From the NCBI RefSeq assembly GCF_016127575.1, contig NZ_CP066018.1:3750001-3782000 (forward strand): a DNA stretch of 32,000 nt, written 5' to 3'. Under the pieces are notes generated by a model, which did not search any database, was not told the DNA's origin, and was given only the letters and a program-made list of their open reading frames with translations. Both the position numbers and the translations under genes were made by a program. Position 1 is the first letter of the stretch. Each line of letters begins with the position of its first letter. The DNA comes from Cupriavidus necator. Its GTDB lineage: Bacteria; Pseudomonadota; Gammaproteobacteria; Burkholderiales; Burkholderiaceae. Positions 6,832-16,653 of this stretch are shown here, piece after piece.

Positions 6832-6949
6832 CCCCGCTTTAAGCGCTCTCGCGCTTAAACCGCTTTGCGCGCCAGTGGTGCTATTTCACACTGGTGTCTT
6901 TTGACGATTTTTACTGTCGCAAAAATCGCCGAAAGCGCTTAAAGCGGGG
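6832..6949 (-). other. Intervening-sequence-like extension of 23S helix 25
   Basis: E. coli has a roughly 14-nt hairpin between ...AAAGGTACGC.GTCAC and CTCC.ACTG.TTGTA. This gene has 118 nt there. The basal stem is a perfect 16 bp, ccccgctttaagcgct (6832-6847) / agcgcttaaagcgggg (6934-6949). Inner hairpins lie at 6872-6894 and 6905-6928. Confidence 0.75.
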
Positions 6950-7486
6950 CTCCGACTGTTTGTATGCATGCGGTTTCAGGATCTATTTCACTCCCCTCCC
7001 GGGGTTCTTTTCGCCTTTCCCTCACGGTACTGGTTCACTATCGGTCGATCACGAGTATTTAGCCTTGGAGGATGGTCCCCCCATCTTCAGACAGGATTTC
7101 ACGTGTCCCGCCCTACTTGTCGTACACCTAGTTCCACAATCGTGTTTTCGCATACAGGGCTATCACCTGCTAGGGCCGGGCTTTCCATCCCGTTCTGCTA
7201 ACACCACTGCTAAAGAGTACAAGGCTCTTCCCATTTCGTTCGCCACTACTTTGGGAATCTCGGTTGATTTCTGTTCCTGCAGCTACTTAGATGTTTCAGT
7301 TCGCCGCGTTCGCTTCCCACACCTATGGATTCAGTGTGGGATGACCCATTCGGGCCGGGTTTCCCCATTCGGACATCTCCGGATCAAAGCTTGTTTGCCA
7401 GCTCCCCGAAGCTTTTCGCAGGCTACCGCGTCCTTCATCGCCTGTGATCGCCAAGGCATCCACCACATGCACTTGTTCGCTTGACC

Positions 7487-7811
7487 CTATAACGAGTGTG
7501 TCTCGATTGCTCGAAACCTCGCTACAGGATGAGTTCTCGCATTTGTGCCGTATTCCAAGTCATCTTTCGATCACTTAAATACATTTTGGTTGATACAATC
7601 ACAACCCGGTATCGCGTCTTGTACTGCAGCGTCTCATCAACGCTCGCGCGACACCTTTACTACATCCCATATTTTTAAAGAACAGCCGATCTTGCGATCG
7701 CTTGGCAATGCCAAATGGAAACGCTCTTGCGAAGCGCTTTCATTTGGCCACCTGGCCTTAACCACAAACAAACCGATAAGTGTGAACGCTCGACTTGGGA
7801 TGCACGCTCTG
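7487..7811 (-). other. 16S-23S internal transcribed spacer without tRNA genes
   Basis: The spacer is 325 nt. I scanned both strands by eye for tRNA-Ile(GAT) and tRNA-Ala(TGC) hallmarks (GGTTCGA T-arm, GCTCAGCTGGGAGAGC D-arm and their complements) and found none. It contains a boxA-like element and half of the 16S processing stem. Confidence 0.65.
7672..7684 (-). promoter_or_regulatory. Spacer boxA-like antitermination element
   Basis: The minus strand reads TGTTCTTTAAAAA, close to the boxA consensus TGCTCTTTAACAA. Confidence 0.5.
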
Positions 7812-9345
<1,534 letters not shown>

Positions 9346-9505
9346 TCTCTGTGTGGACCCGAAGGTCCTCGCTCTTTCGAGCGGTCGCTCACTCTCAGAA
9401 AACTGACTGACCAGATCCGAAGACCCAGTCACGTTTTGCTGTGCGAGCACTGTATAACTTGTAAAGCTAAAAGACCGAAGTCTTCCGCATCCGTTATCAA
9501 GCGCC

Positions 9506-9537
9506 CACACTTATCGGTTGTTTGGTTGTTAAAGAAC
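9506..9537 (-). promoter_or_regulatory. rRNA leader: boxA (GTTCTTTAACAA) plus the 5' half of the 16S RNase III processing stem
   Basis: The minus strand at 9537-9526 reads GTTCTTTAACAA. 9506-9525 (cacacttatcggttgtttgg) is complementary to 7762-7784 (ccacaaacaaaccgataagtgtg) in the spacer, so the two bracket the 16S. Confidence 0.65.
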
Positions 9538-9606
9538 CCGCCCTTTCGGGCCGCATCCGGCTTTGCCGTTTGCGTTGCTGCGTTTTGTTTGCAGCGGAGA
9601 AACGAG

Positions 9607-9635
9607 ACTATAAAGAAGTTTCTGCGATTAATCAA
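9607..9635 (-). promoter_or_regulatory. rRNA promoter P2 (predicted)
   Basis: The minus strand reads TTGATT (9635-9630), a 17-nt spacer, then TATAGT (9612-9607). Confidence 0.55.
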
Positions 9636-9745
9636 TCATTTTCGAGAAATTCTTTATTCTGGAAGGCACACTCTTTCGAATCGAGTTAATCCTTGCAAGT
9701 CTTTTCCCACCCCCGTTGCGCGGTGCCTTGCGAACGAGGGGGCGA

Positions 9746-9800
9746 ATCTTAATGCCTGGATGCCTGCCTTGCAAGCGTTTTTGAAAAGAACTTGAATGAG
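9746..9800 (-). promoter_or_regulatory. rRNA promoter P1 (predicted) with an A/T-rich UP-like element
   Basis: The minus strand reads TTGCAA (9774-9769), a 17-nt spacer, then TAAGAT (9751-9746). It is preceded by TTCTTTTCAAAAACG (about 9775-9792). Confidence 0.55.
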
Positions 9801-9858
9801 CCTCCTTTGTCACTTGACCACGCCCACCCACGGCCTGCCGACGAGGGCGAACGCCTCA

Positions 9859-10719
9859 TTACGCTTGCCAGCGCTGCAACTCGGACAGGATCTGTTCAGC
9901 GAGGAAGTCACAAGGCGGCCGCTTCGACTTTGCGCTGCGCGCCAGCACCAGCTCCAGCCCGGCTAGCCCGGGCAGCCCCTGGGCCTGGCCAAGGATGGTG
10001 AAACGGGCCGGAACGGCACATCGCGCGAGCGGCGCCACCGCCAGTCCCGCTTCGACCATGCTGAGCAGGCCGAGCAGGCTGGGACTTTCATAGGACATGC
10101 GATAGGCGATCCTGGCCTGCTCCAGGCTGCGGATCGCAATGTCGCGGGCGACGCTGCCCGACTGGAACACGGCAATGGGCAGCGGCCGCTCGCTCCAGAT
10201 TTCGTGCGCCGCCGGCGATGCGGCCCACACCATCGGTTCCAGCCGGATGAACTCCCCGGACAACCCTTTCACTCGCGTTGCGCAGACCAGGTCGACCGAT
10301 CCGTCCTTGACCATGGGCGCCAGCGCCACGCTTGGCAGGCCAATGACCTGGATCTCGACCTTGGGATAGGTCGCGGAAAACTTCTTCAGGATCGCGGGCA
10401 ACAGGGACGAGGCATAGTCGTCCGGCATGCCGAGCACCACGCGCCCGGTCACGTCGGGGCGGACCACGGCCGCCCAGGCCTCGTCGCGCAGGGCCAGCAT
10501 GCGGCGCGCGAAGCTCAGCAGGACCTCGCCTTCCGGGGTCAGCATCATGTTCCTCGGCCTGCGCACGAACAGTGGCTTGCCCAAAGCTTGCTCAAGCGCC
10601 TTGATCTGCATGCTGACCGCCGACTGTGAGCGGTGCACGAGTTCCGCCGCGCGGGAAATGCTGCCGGTATCGGCAACCGCCACCATCATGGCCAGGACAT
10701 CGAGGTCAAGCGCTTTCAC
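9859..10719 (-). CDS. LysR-family transcriptional regulator
   Basis: 286 aa. N-terminal LysR HTH (LDLDVLAMMVAVADTGSISRAAELVHRSQSAVSMQIKALEQALGKPLFVR) followed by a typical substrate-binding domain. It is divergent from the DUF3422-like gene. Confidence 0.85.
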   Translation of the reverse strand: MKALDLDVLAMMVAVADTGSISRAAELVHRSQSAVSMQIKALEQALGKPLFVRRPRNMMLTPEGEVLLSFARRMLALRDEAWAAVVRPDVTGRVVLGMPDDYASSLLPAILKKFSATYPKVEIQVIGLPSVALAPMVKDGSVDLVCATRVKGLSGEFIRLEPMVWAASPAAHEIWSERPLPIAVFQSGSVARDIAIRSLEQARIAYRMSYESPSLLGLLSMVEAGLAVAPLARCAVPARFTILGQAQGLPGLAGLELVLARSAKSKRPPCDFLAEQILSELQRWQA

Positions 10720-10811
10720 TGGTATCAGAAAAACTGAAGAAACAGATCAATTTTACGCATTTTTCTTAACCATCGGTGCTCCGGCATACTGGTCGAAAAC
10801 GTTGACCACCT

Positions 10812-12122
10812 ATGCCACACGCGAACATGGACCACCCCTTGCGCGACAGCCTCGCGCGCGAACTGCATGCCCGCCCCTTCCTGCGCATCGGCGGCCCCGC
10901 CTCGCTGACGCACTTTGCCATCTATGCCGACGGCGATACCGCCGTCCACCATGCCTTGCTAGCCGACTTGTGCAGGCTGACCGGGCTGGAGGTACCGGCC
11001 GACGGCGTAACGCACTATTCAGGGCGTTGGGGCGATCACAAGCAACTGAAGTGGGAGCGGCACACCGAGTTCTCCACCTTCACGTTCGTGGCGCGACGTG
11101 GTGACGCGGACTACTTCTCCGACCTGGCCACCGCCCATATCCCGGCCGAGTGGTTCGACAGCTTCGCCGGCAAGCGCCTGGTGGCGCTGCGCATGGAGCT
11201 GGTCTCGGGCGAGGCCGCGGCCCATGCGCGCGACCACGTGCGGGAATGGATCGACGGCCCGACCCTGGCGGGCAGCCACGTGCTCGGCGGCGGCGAGGTG
11301 TTCTGCGACTGGACCATCCCGCCAGATGGCTTTACGCGCTTCCTGGTCATCGACAACGGCTTCCGCGAAGTGCAAGGCGGACGGCTGCTGCAGCGGCTGT
11401 ATGAAATCGAGACCTACCGGATGATGGCGCTGCTGGCCTTGCCGGTGGCGCGTGAACTGGGCCGCAGCGTGGACAACCTGCAGCGCTCGCTCGCGCCGCT
11501 GATGCGCAGCATGGACACGAGCCAGGGCGGCCGCCACGATGCCGAGCTGCTGGAGCGGCTGACGCACCTGGCGGTCCGCATCGAGGCGCTGGCTGAATCC
11601 GGCAACCGCTTCAGCGCGTCGCGCGCCTACGAGAAGCTGGTGCTGGCGCGCATCCAGGAATTGCGTGAAGAGCGCATCGAAGGCATACCGACCATTGCCG
11701 AATTCATGGAGCGCCGCTTCGCGCCTGCCATGGAGACGTGCAGGTCGGTCTGGGCGCGGCACGAGCAATTTGCCGGCCGCGTGGCGCGCGCGCTCGACCT
11801 GCTGCGCACGCGCGTCAACCTGGCGCAGGAGCAGGACACCACGCGCCTGCTCGAGGGCATGGACCAGACCGCGCGCAGCCAGCTGCGGCTGCAGCACGCG
11901 GTCGAAGGCCTGTCGGTCGCGGCCATTTCCTACTACGTGCTGTCGCTGGCGGGCACCGGGCTCAAGGCGCTGCATGCGGTGCACCTGCCGCTGGACCCGG
12001 AACTGATCAAGGGCGTGCTGATCCTGCCGGTGGTGCTGCTGGTGCTGCGTGCTACCAGGCGCAGCAAGCATGCCGGGCAAAAAGCGGCGGCGCGGCGCCC
12101 GGCTGCGAATCGGGCCGCATAG
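10812..12122 (+). CDS. DUF3422-like membrane-anchored protein of unknown function
   Basis: 436 aa. The N-terminus HPLRDSLARELHARPF, the WERHTEFSTFTF block and the YEIETYRMMALLALP block match my recollection of the DUF3422 family. The C-terminal hydrophobic segments are VAAISYYVLSLAGTGL and GVLILPVVLLVL. The start could be 10812 or 10827. Confidence 0.65.
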   Translation: MPHANMDHPLRDSLARELHARPFLRIGGPASLTHFAIYADGDTAVHHALLADLCRLTGLEVPADGVTHYSGRWGDHKQLKWERHTEFSTFTFVARRGDADYFSDLATAHIPAEWFDSFAGKRLVALRMELVSGEAAAHARDHVREWIDGPTLAGSHVLGGGEVFCDWTIPPDGFTRFLVIDNGFREVQGGRLLQRLYEIETYRMMALLALPVARELGRSVDNLQRSLAPLMRSMDTSQGGRHDAELLERLTHLAVRIEALAESGNRFSASRAYEKLVLARIQELREERIEGIPTIAEFMERRFAPAMETCRSVWARHEQFAGRVARALDLLRTRVNLAQEQDTTRLLEGMDQTARSQLRLQHAVEGLSVAAISYYVLSLAGTGLKALHAVHLPLDPELIKGVLILPVVLLVLRATRRSKHAGQKAAARRPAANRAA

Positions 12123-12127
12123 GGCAG

Positions 12128-13039
12128 CTAGCCTGCTGTCCCGCCCTGCCCCGCGGCTGCCGTGGCTTGCCGGAGGAGATGCATCGGGCCAAGGCTCTCA
12201 ATAGCCTGCATCTGCGCCGCATCCCGGACAAAAAGCGAGCCGGCGAACGCCAGGGCATTGACTGCGATGCCTTCCACGCACTCCATGGATCTCGGCACCA
12301 GCAGCAGCCCCGCGGGCATGACCAGCAGGTTGTACGGCGCTGACGGGTGCAGGCCGCCCTCGACATCGACCGCGCGCACGCCAACCGCATCCAGCAACGC
12401 GCGGTAGCGCTCGCACGCCGTGCACGCCATCTCTTCCACCGGCGCCGCGGACAGATCCAGCGGCGCGAACGCATGCGCAAATGCCAGGCCGGGAACGGCA
12501 CCGATGGCGCCGGCGATCCGTGCCGACGCCAGCAAGGGACCAATCGGCAGCGCCGGCCCACCCTCGGCGAACGGCAACGGTACGATCTGCAGGTGTTTGT
12601 GGGCCTGGCTCGCTCCCGCGACTGCCCCGCCGTTGTAGAAGCCCAGGCTCGGGAACTCCGCCATGCAAGCCAGCAGCGCTTCAAAGTCCGCCACGGTCAG
12701 CAGGGATTCCTGCGCTTCGAAGCGGCGCGTGACGATGAGCAGGTGATGCTCGATGACATTGAACTTGTTGAGCAAGGCCACATGGGTGTCGGAGATATCC
12801 GCGACAAACAGTTCCGGGTCATAGGGCAGGAATGGATTGCTCCCGGCGCTGCTGGTCGTGCGTGCCTTGTCCTTGCGAGCCAGGCTCGATACCTGGCGGA
12901 CCAGAAACCGCACGCCACCGTCCTCGATCGCCGCCTCGGTGGTTTCGATCGGGCACAACGCCCCGCTCTGCAAGGCATGCGCCGTCCGCTGCAGGATCGC
13001 CGGCCACAGCGTGCCAGGCTGAAGGTGTCGATGGTGCAT
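12128..13039 (-). CDS. Apa2-type ATP adenylyltransferase / Ap4A phosphorylase family protein (HIT/GalT branch)
   Basis: 303 aa. It has NPFLPYDPELFV, ALLNKFNVIEHHLLIVTR and the H-x-H-x-Q nucleotidyl-transfer motif (SQAHKHLQIVPLP). The start lies 18 nt after the GMC gene stop. Confidence 0.65.
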   Translation of the reverse strand: MHHRHLQPGTLWPAILQRTAHALQSGALCPIETTEAAIEDGGVRFLVRQVSSLARKDKARTTSSAGSNPFLPYDPELFVADISDTHVALLNKFNVIEHHLLIVTRRFEAQESLLTVADFEALLACMAEFPSLGFYNGGAVAGASQAHKHLQIVPLPFAEGGPALPIGPLLASARIAGAIGAVPGLAFAHAFAPLDLSAAPVEEMACTACERYRALLDAVGVRAVDVEGGLHPSAPYNLLVMPAGLLLVPRSMECVEGIAVNALAFAGSLFVRDAAQMQAIESLGPMHLLRQATAAAGQGGTAG

Positions 13040-13057
13040 GGTTGGCTTTCGCTAGCG

Positions 13058-14662
13058 TCAGTCCTGCTCGCGCAAGAGCATCGCCACGTTGCGCTCCGCG
13101 AGCGCCGCGATGGTTCGCGAAGGATTCAGGCCGAGCGGACGCGGGACGATCGCTCCGTCCATGACATACAGTCCCTTGTAGCCAAATACCCGGCCCCTTG
13201 CATCGACGACTCCGTCTGCAGCGGAGGTTCCCATGTTGCAGCCTCCCAGCGGGTGCGGTGTGATCAGGTTGTGCCACCGTCGCCAGGTGAGCGGTACCCA
13301 CGGATCCCCGCCAGTCGCTGCCGAGAGCTGCGTATGCGCTGCAATCATGGCCTCGATGACGGCCACCGATGCCTGATAGGACCAGTCGAGCCGCAGCACA
13401 CGACGCCACGGTGCGTACCACGTGCGGCCCAGTCTCAGCTGGCCATCGCCAGGGTCCACGCCCTGCCCGAACCAGGGCATCATCTGCTCGACCGGATCGC
13501 CGTCGTCAAACAGTCCTCCGACCTCCTTCCACACGGCACGCAGCTTGCGGGAACGCGTTCGCTTCATATGGCGCCGAATGAAGTTGCCTGCGAGGTTCGG
13601 GATTCCACCGTCCTCCACGAAGAGCGCCTGTCCGTTCGGGCCGCTGTGGTCCAACAGGTCGATCGCTGCGGAGATGGTTACGCCATGGGAAGGAGAGATC
13701 GTCCTGTGGTCATAGTAGGCTGGCGTCACGAAGTCGCCATTGTGCGCCCACCCATATCCCAACCGTGGCGAAAGCCCCGGAAGTGTGCGATGCTCATCCC
13801 GACAGCGCAGCAGAAGCTCGGTGCTGCCGATGGAGCCGGCGGCCAGTATCACCCTGGCGGCCGTGACTGTGCCAGGGCTCGTCGTTTCGTTTTCCGGGTC
13901 GATCTTCCTGAAGCATACGCGCCAGCCCTGCTGCAGCGGCTCGAGCCGGTCTACCAGGTGCAGCGGAAGAATCTCGGCGCCATTGTCCTCAGCCACTGCC
14001 AGGTAATTCAGGTCCAGCGTATTCCTGGCCGATACCTGGCACCCCACGTCACAGTTGCCGCAGTGAACACAAGTGCCCTGCAACCTGCCGTGCTGGTTCA
14101 TGAATGTCTGTGAATGACGGTCATCGCGGGCGTCTTGCCGTGTGGGGTCCCAATGCTCGGAAAATGTCACCGCCAGCGGCAATTTACGGAAGCGCCCGCC
14201 CCAACCGCAGGCTTCCGCCCCCTCGCGCAACAGCCGGGTTCGCTCGCTCAACTGGTTATCCGGCACTTCGCTCACCGCGAGCATGCGCCCGACCTCCTCA
14301 TAGTGGGCCTGCAGGCCGGCATAGGTAACCTCTTTCGGCCAGCCCTGCTGGAAGGCTTCCGGCTTGGCTTCCACGGAAACGTTGGCGTAGATCAGCGAGC
14401 CGCCACCGACCCCGGCCCCGGCGATGACCCATACGTCAGAGAAGGTCCGGATATCGGCCCAGCCATTGAAGCGATTGGCGCGCTCCTGGTTCCACAGCCA
14501 GGGGTCGCTCTCGTCGCGCGGGTAAGTCGCGGGGCTCCAGCGCCGGCCGCGCTCCAGCACCAGCACCTTGCGGCCGGCCTGCGCGAGCCGGCACGCCGAG
14601 ACTGCACCACCGAAGCCGCTGCCGATGACGACGACATCGTAGGCAAGCGCATTGCTCATCAT
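13058..14662 (-). CDS. GMC-family FAD-dependent oxidoreductase (cholesterol-oxidase-like)
   Basis: 534 aa. N-terminal Rossmann motif YDVVVIGSGFGGAVSACRLAQAGRKVLVLERG. A GAGVGGGSLIYAN block. C-terminal GMC signature HPLGGCNMG and LYVMDGAIVP. Its GGGAG Shine-Dalgarno overlaps the stop of the upstream gene. Confidence 0.85.
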   Translation of the reverse strand: MMSNALAYDVVVIGSGFGGAVSACRLAQAGRKVLVLERGRRWSPATYPRDESDPWLWNQERANRFNGWADIRTFSDVWVIAGAGVGGGSLIYANVSVEAKPEAFQQGWPKEVTYAGLQAHYEEVGRMLAVSEVPDNQLSERTRLLREGAEACGWGGRFRKLPLAVTFSEHWDPTRQDARDDRHSQTFMNQHGRLQGTCVHCGNCDVGCQVSARNTLDLNYLAVAEDNGAEILPLHLVDRLEPLQQGWRVCFRKIDPENETTSPGTVTAARVILAAGSIGSTELLLRCRDEHRTLPGLSPRLGYGWAHNGDFVTPAYYDHRTISPSHGVTISAAIDLLDHSGPNGQALFVEDGGIPNLAGNFIRRHMKRTRSRKLRAVWKEVGGLFDDGDPVEQMMPWFGQGVDPGDGQLRLGRTWYAPWRRVLRLDWSYQASVAVIEAMIAAHTQLSAATGGDPWVPLTWRRWHNLITPHPLGGCNMGTSAADGVVDARGRVFGYKGLYVMDGAIVPRPLGLNPSRTIAALAERNVAMLLREQD

Positions 14663-14670
14663 GACGCTCC

Positions 14671-16653
14671 CTATCGTTGGATGATGATTGGCTTCTCCTC
14701 AATCATCCGCACCGCCTCGGGCGGCATTACCTGACCGTCTGCCGGCACGAACCGGGGGCCGGTCGCGCCGGGCTGGGCGCGTATGCGCCAGGTGCCATGG
14801 ACCTTCGTCAATCGCTTGACGCCCTCGCCCAGCTTCCAATGACGGCAGACCTTCTCCAGCTTGAGCGGGTAGATCGTCAATTGCCCACCCTCGAACCGCA
14901 TCCGCAGGAAGCATTTGTAATCGGCGATGCGCTGGGAGGAGAACACTTCCTCGGGGTGCAGGCGCCAAAGGGCATTGCCCAACACCATCCATGCGCCAAA
15001 CAGCAGGCCACCGAGGGCGCCGCCCAGCAGCATGGCCTCGACCACGAACAGCAAGACGGGGGGCGCATTGTCCGCGCCAAAGACATGGAAGTTGAGGCGC
15101 ATGACGAGCCATAGCAGCGCGACTGCCAGTGCCAGGTGCAGCAGCCCGTGCAACGCGCCGACAACGCACGCCAGGCGCACGCCGCGCCTGACATCCCTGG
15201 TCGACAGCGCAGCACAGGTAAAGACAATGGCCGCTGCGAACACCACCGACGCCGGACTGTGCGCCATGACCCGGAACAGTTGGTGGAACACCTCGCCGAT
15301 ATTCCCGAATGTCACTTCGAGCCCGGCCAGCCTGTCGACGAAGCTGCGTTGATCGCGTCCGGGGACAGATACCAGGCTCGCGCTTTGAATGATCCAGTCG
15401 AACAGCAAGTACAGGATCGCCACCAGCGCACAGAACGAGAGGTTGCGCGCAGGCAGTTGCCACGCGCGATTGCGCAATTGCCGGGAAGCGGATTTTTCCG
15501 GATACGCTGACTTCAGTTCGTAGAACTGTCTGGCCGGGCCCACGACGATAGGCCTCGGCGGATCTGGCAGCAGGTGCGTGCCGTGAAGAAATGCACCGCC
15601 GCCTCCGCAGGTGATGCGATGCGGTCCCGCCGTGCCCTCTCGCGGCACGTAATGCGCGTAGTGGTGCGAGTTGCCGGCCAGCACCAGCGCGAGCCGGTCG
15701 CCCAGCATCCCCTCGATCTCGCTCAGGCTCCGGAAGCGCGGCGTCTTGGCCTCGATCGAAGGTACGGCCCGCCGCTCGCCGCGGCGCACGCGCTCCATCT
15801 CGTCAATCCAGCTCGCCTCGGGCGCGCACAATACGACGCGGTCACCGGGCTGCAGCGCCGTGTGCATCTTCTGGAAGTACTCGCGCTGCGGCCGGTCGAT
15901 CTCAGACTCCAGTTGCAGGTCCAGGCCCCAGACCCACCAGCCGCCGGGCAACTGCAAGGCATAGTAGCCAGTGCGCTGGCGTGTCTCCCAGCCGCCCACG
16001 GGCTTGCCGCTGCAGAACAGGCGGGCGAAGCCACGCAGGCCATCGTACCAGTCGTGATTGCCAGGCGTGGCGACCATCCACGGCGCATCCGGCAACTTGA
16101 TCGGCTGGTCGCTGTATGCGGGGCGCACGATCTCGACCGGCGCAGGGAATGCCGCCCGGAAGGGATCGACGAAGCGTGTCCGATAACCCTCATGGGCAGG
16201 GGTCGGATACACCTGGTCGCCACCCAGCAGCAGCACCTTTGCCCGTGGCAGCGTCACGCCTTGCTCGCGCAGCGTCACCGCGTGACTGACGCACAACGCC
16301 ATGGAGTAGGTCGAGTCCCAACCGTCGCCGGTGTCGGCCAGATAGTCGACCCAGACACCGCCGTGCCCGTCGGCGGGCACCGGGAGCGGCGGGTTCGGAT
16401 TCAGCGTGGTGAGTGCCGCCTGCACCATGCGCTGGTCGGCAAAGGCGCCGATCGCCATCGCCACGGCAACCCGCATGGCAGTGAACGGCAGCTGTAGCGG
16501 GCTCAGCCAGTTCACCATGGTTCTTTGGGTGTAGAGTTCCACGCGCCCGGTCGCGGCAGACGCGGAAGCGATCGTCGCGGAGCCGGCAGCATCGGCCGCA
16601 GCTTGCGAACCACCCGGATATGGCGACTCTGGTGCTGACCCGGAATGTTTCAT
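14671..16653 (-). CDS. Calcineurin-like metallophosphoesterase fused to a 4-TM region and a C-terminal domain of about 100 aa with unknown function
   Basis: Phosphoesterase motifs are present in order: DTGDG, GGDQVY, GNHD, GNSHHY, GGGG..LHGTH. Four hydrophobic helices follow, then a soluble tail (RIADYKCFLRMRFEGGQLTIYPLKLEK...). The start was chosen at MKHSG (16653) because GGGGGTAAGG lies upstream. The ORF is open to 16734, and 16518 is another option. Confidence 0.7.
   Translation of the reverse strand: MKHSGSAPESPYPGGSQAAADAAGSATIASASAATGRVELYTQRTMVNWLSPLQLPFTAMRVAVAMAIGAFADQRMVQAALTTLNPNPPLPVPADGHGGVWVDYLADTGDGWDSTYSMALCVSHAVTLREQGVTLPRAKVLLLGGDQVYPTPAHEGYRTRFVDPFRAAFPAPVEIVRPAYSDQPIKLPDAPWMVATPGNHDWYDGLRGFARLFCSGKPVGGWETRQRTGYYALQLPGGWWVWGLDLQLESEIDRPQREYFQKMHTALQPGDRVVLCAPEASWIDEMERVRRGERRAVPSIEAKTPRFRSLSEIEGMLGDRLALVLAGNSHHYAHYVPREGTAGPHRITCGGGGAFLHGTHLLPDPPRPIVVGPARQFYELKSAYPEKSASRQLRNRAWQLPARNLSFCALVAILYLLFDWIIQSASLVSVPGRDQRSFVDRLAGLEVTFGNIGEVFHQLFRVMAHSPASVVFAAAIVFTCAALSTRDVRRGVRLACVVGALHGLLHLALAVALLWLVMRLNFHVFGADNAPPVLLFVVEAMLLGGALGGLLFGAWMVLGNALWRLHPEEVFSSQRIADYKCFLRMRFEGGQLTIYPLKLEKVCRHWKLGEGVKRLTKVHGTWRIRAQPGATGPRFVPADGQVMPPEAVRMIEEKPIIIQR

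Noticed and set aside
9661-9700. Third possible rRNA promoter (TTGCAA at 9698-9693 on the minus strand)
   Set aside because: The -10 at the 17-nt spacing is AAGAGT, a poor match. It was not listed as a feature.
10720-10811. LysR T-N11-A box in the LysR/DUF3422 intergenic region
   Set aside because: The region is AT-rich, but I could not identify a convincing dyad. ATCAG...CAGAT is not a true inverted repeat.
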